A stretch of 59,747 nt of DNA. Source: Chromera velia. Taxonomy: Eukaryota. The first letter of the stretch is position 1, and the number at the start of each line of letters is the position of its first letter. The translations under genes were made by a program, and so were the position numbers. The DNA lies in NCBI GenBank assembly GCA_018398765.1, contig JAHBMJ010000010.1, positions 1 through 59,747 of the forward strand, written 5' to 3'. The notes under the pieces are model-generated. The model made no database searches, was not told the DNA's origin, and saw nothing but the letters and a program-made list of their open reading frames with translations. Below are positions 59,425 to 59,747 of this stretch, piece by piece.

Positions 59425-59747
59425 AGAGAGAGTGAGTGTGAGTGTGAGTGTGAGTGTAAGTGTAAGTGTAAGTGTGGGAGTGCATGTAAGTGTGTGTGAG
59501 TGTGTGTGGGGGGGGGCGGGGTTGGCGCCAAGGGGTTTGCGGGAGTGGGGGCTGGAGTTCTGGTTTTTTGGGGGGGAGGCGGGGTTTAGGTGCGAGAGAA
59601 AGGGAGAGAGAGAGTGAGTAATCGGCCCCATAAGCGAAAGTCCATTCGGTGACTGGGTGAGGAAGCAAAGCTGAGTTGGCAGAAAAGCAAGCCCTCTGTT
59701 GGACAAAGATGCAGACGCGAACAGGCATTTCACGCACGCCCCCCCCC

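Overview
Eukaryotic, intron-rich and microsatellite-rich DNA; the style suggests a chromerid alveolate such as Chromera (inference only). (1) 1-3706: AT-rich tandem units carrying a 393-bp MITE, one unit interrupted by a decayed Penelope-like reverse transcriptase. (2) A minus-strand NLR-like pseudogene (helical N-terminal domain, NACHT, about 12 ankyrin exons) from about 32900 down to about 4440. (3) Inside one of its introns, an 18.6-kb Ty1/copia-order LTR retrotransposon (5069-23678; 749-bp LTRs, GATGA target duplication, about 3600-codon polyprotein with large unexplained inserts), itself carrying a nested 3.4-kb TIR element. (4) A second nested TIR element (33517-36900). (5) An apparently intact minus-strand gene of about 1950 aa (FN3, UBA-like, PPG[LF] motifs, WG tandem repeats) resembling an Argonaute-hook scaffold. 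(6) Two convergent claudin/amastin-like 4-TM paralogues separated by repeat debris, including a CRE-type non-LTR endonuclease fragment. The LTR element, the PLE and the NLR-like gene share a strong C-to-T/G-to-A transition signature. All domain calls are by-eye motif recognition and all counts are manual; no searches were run.
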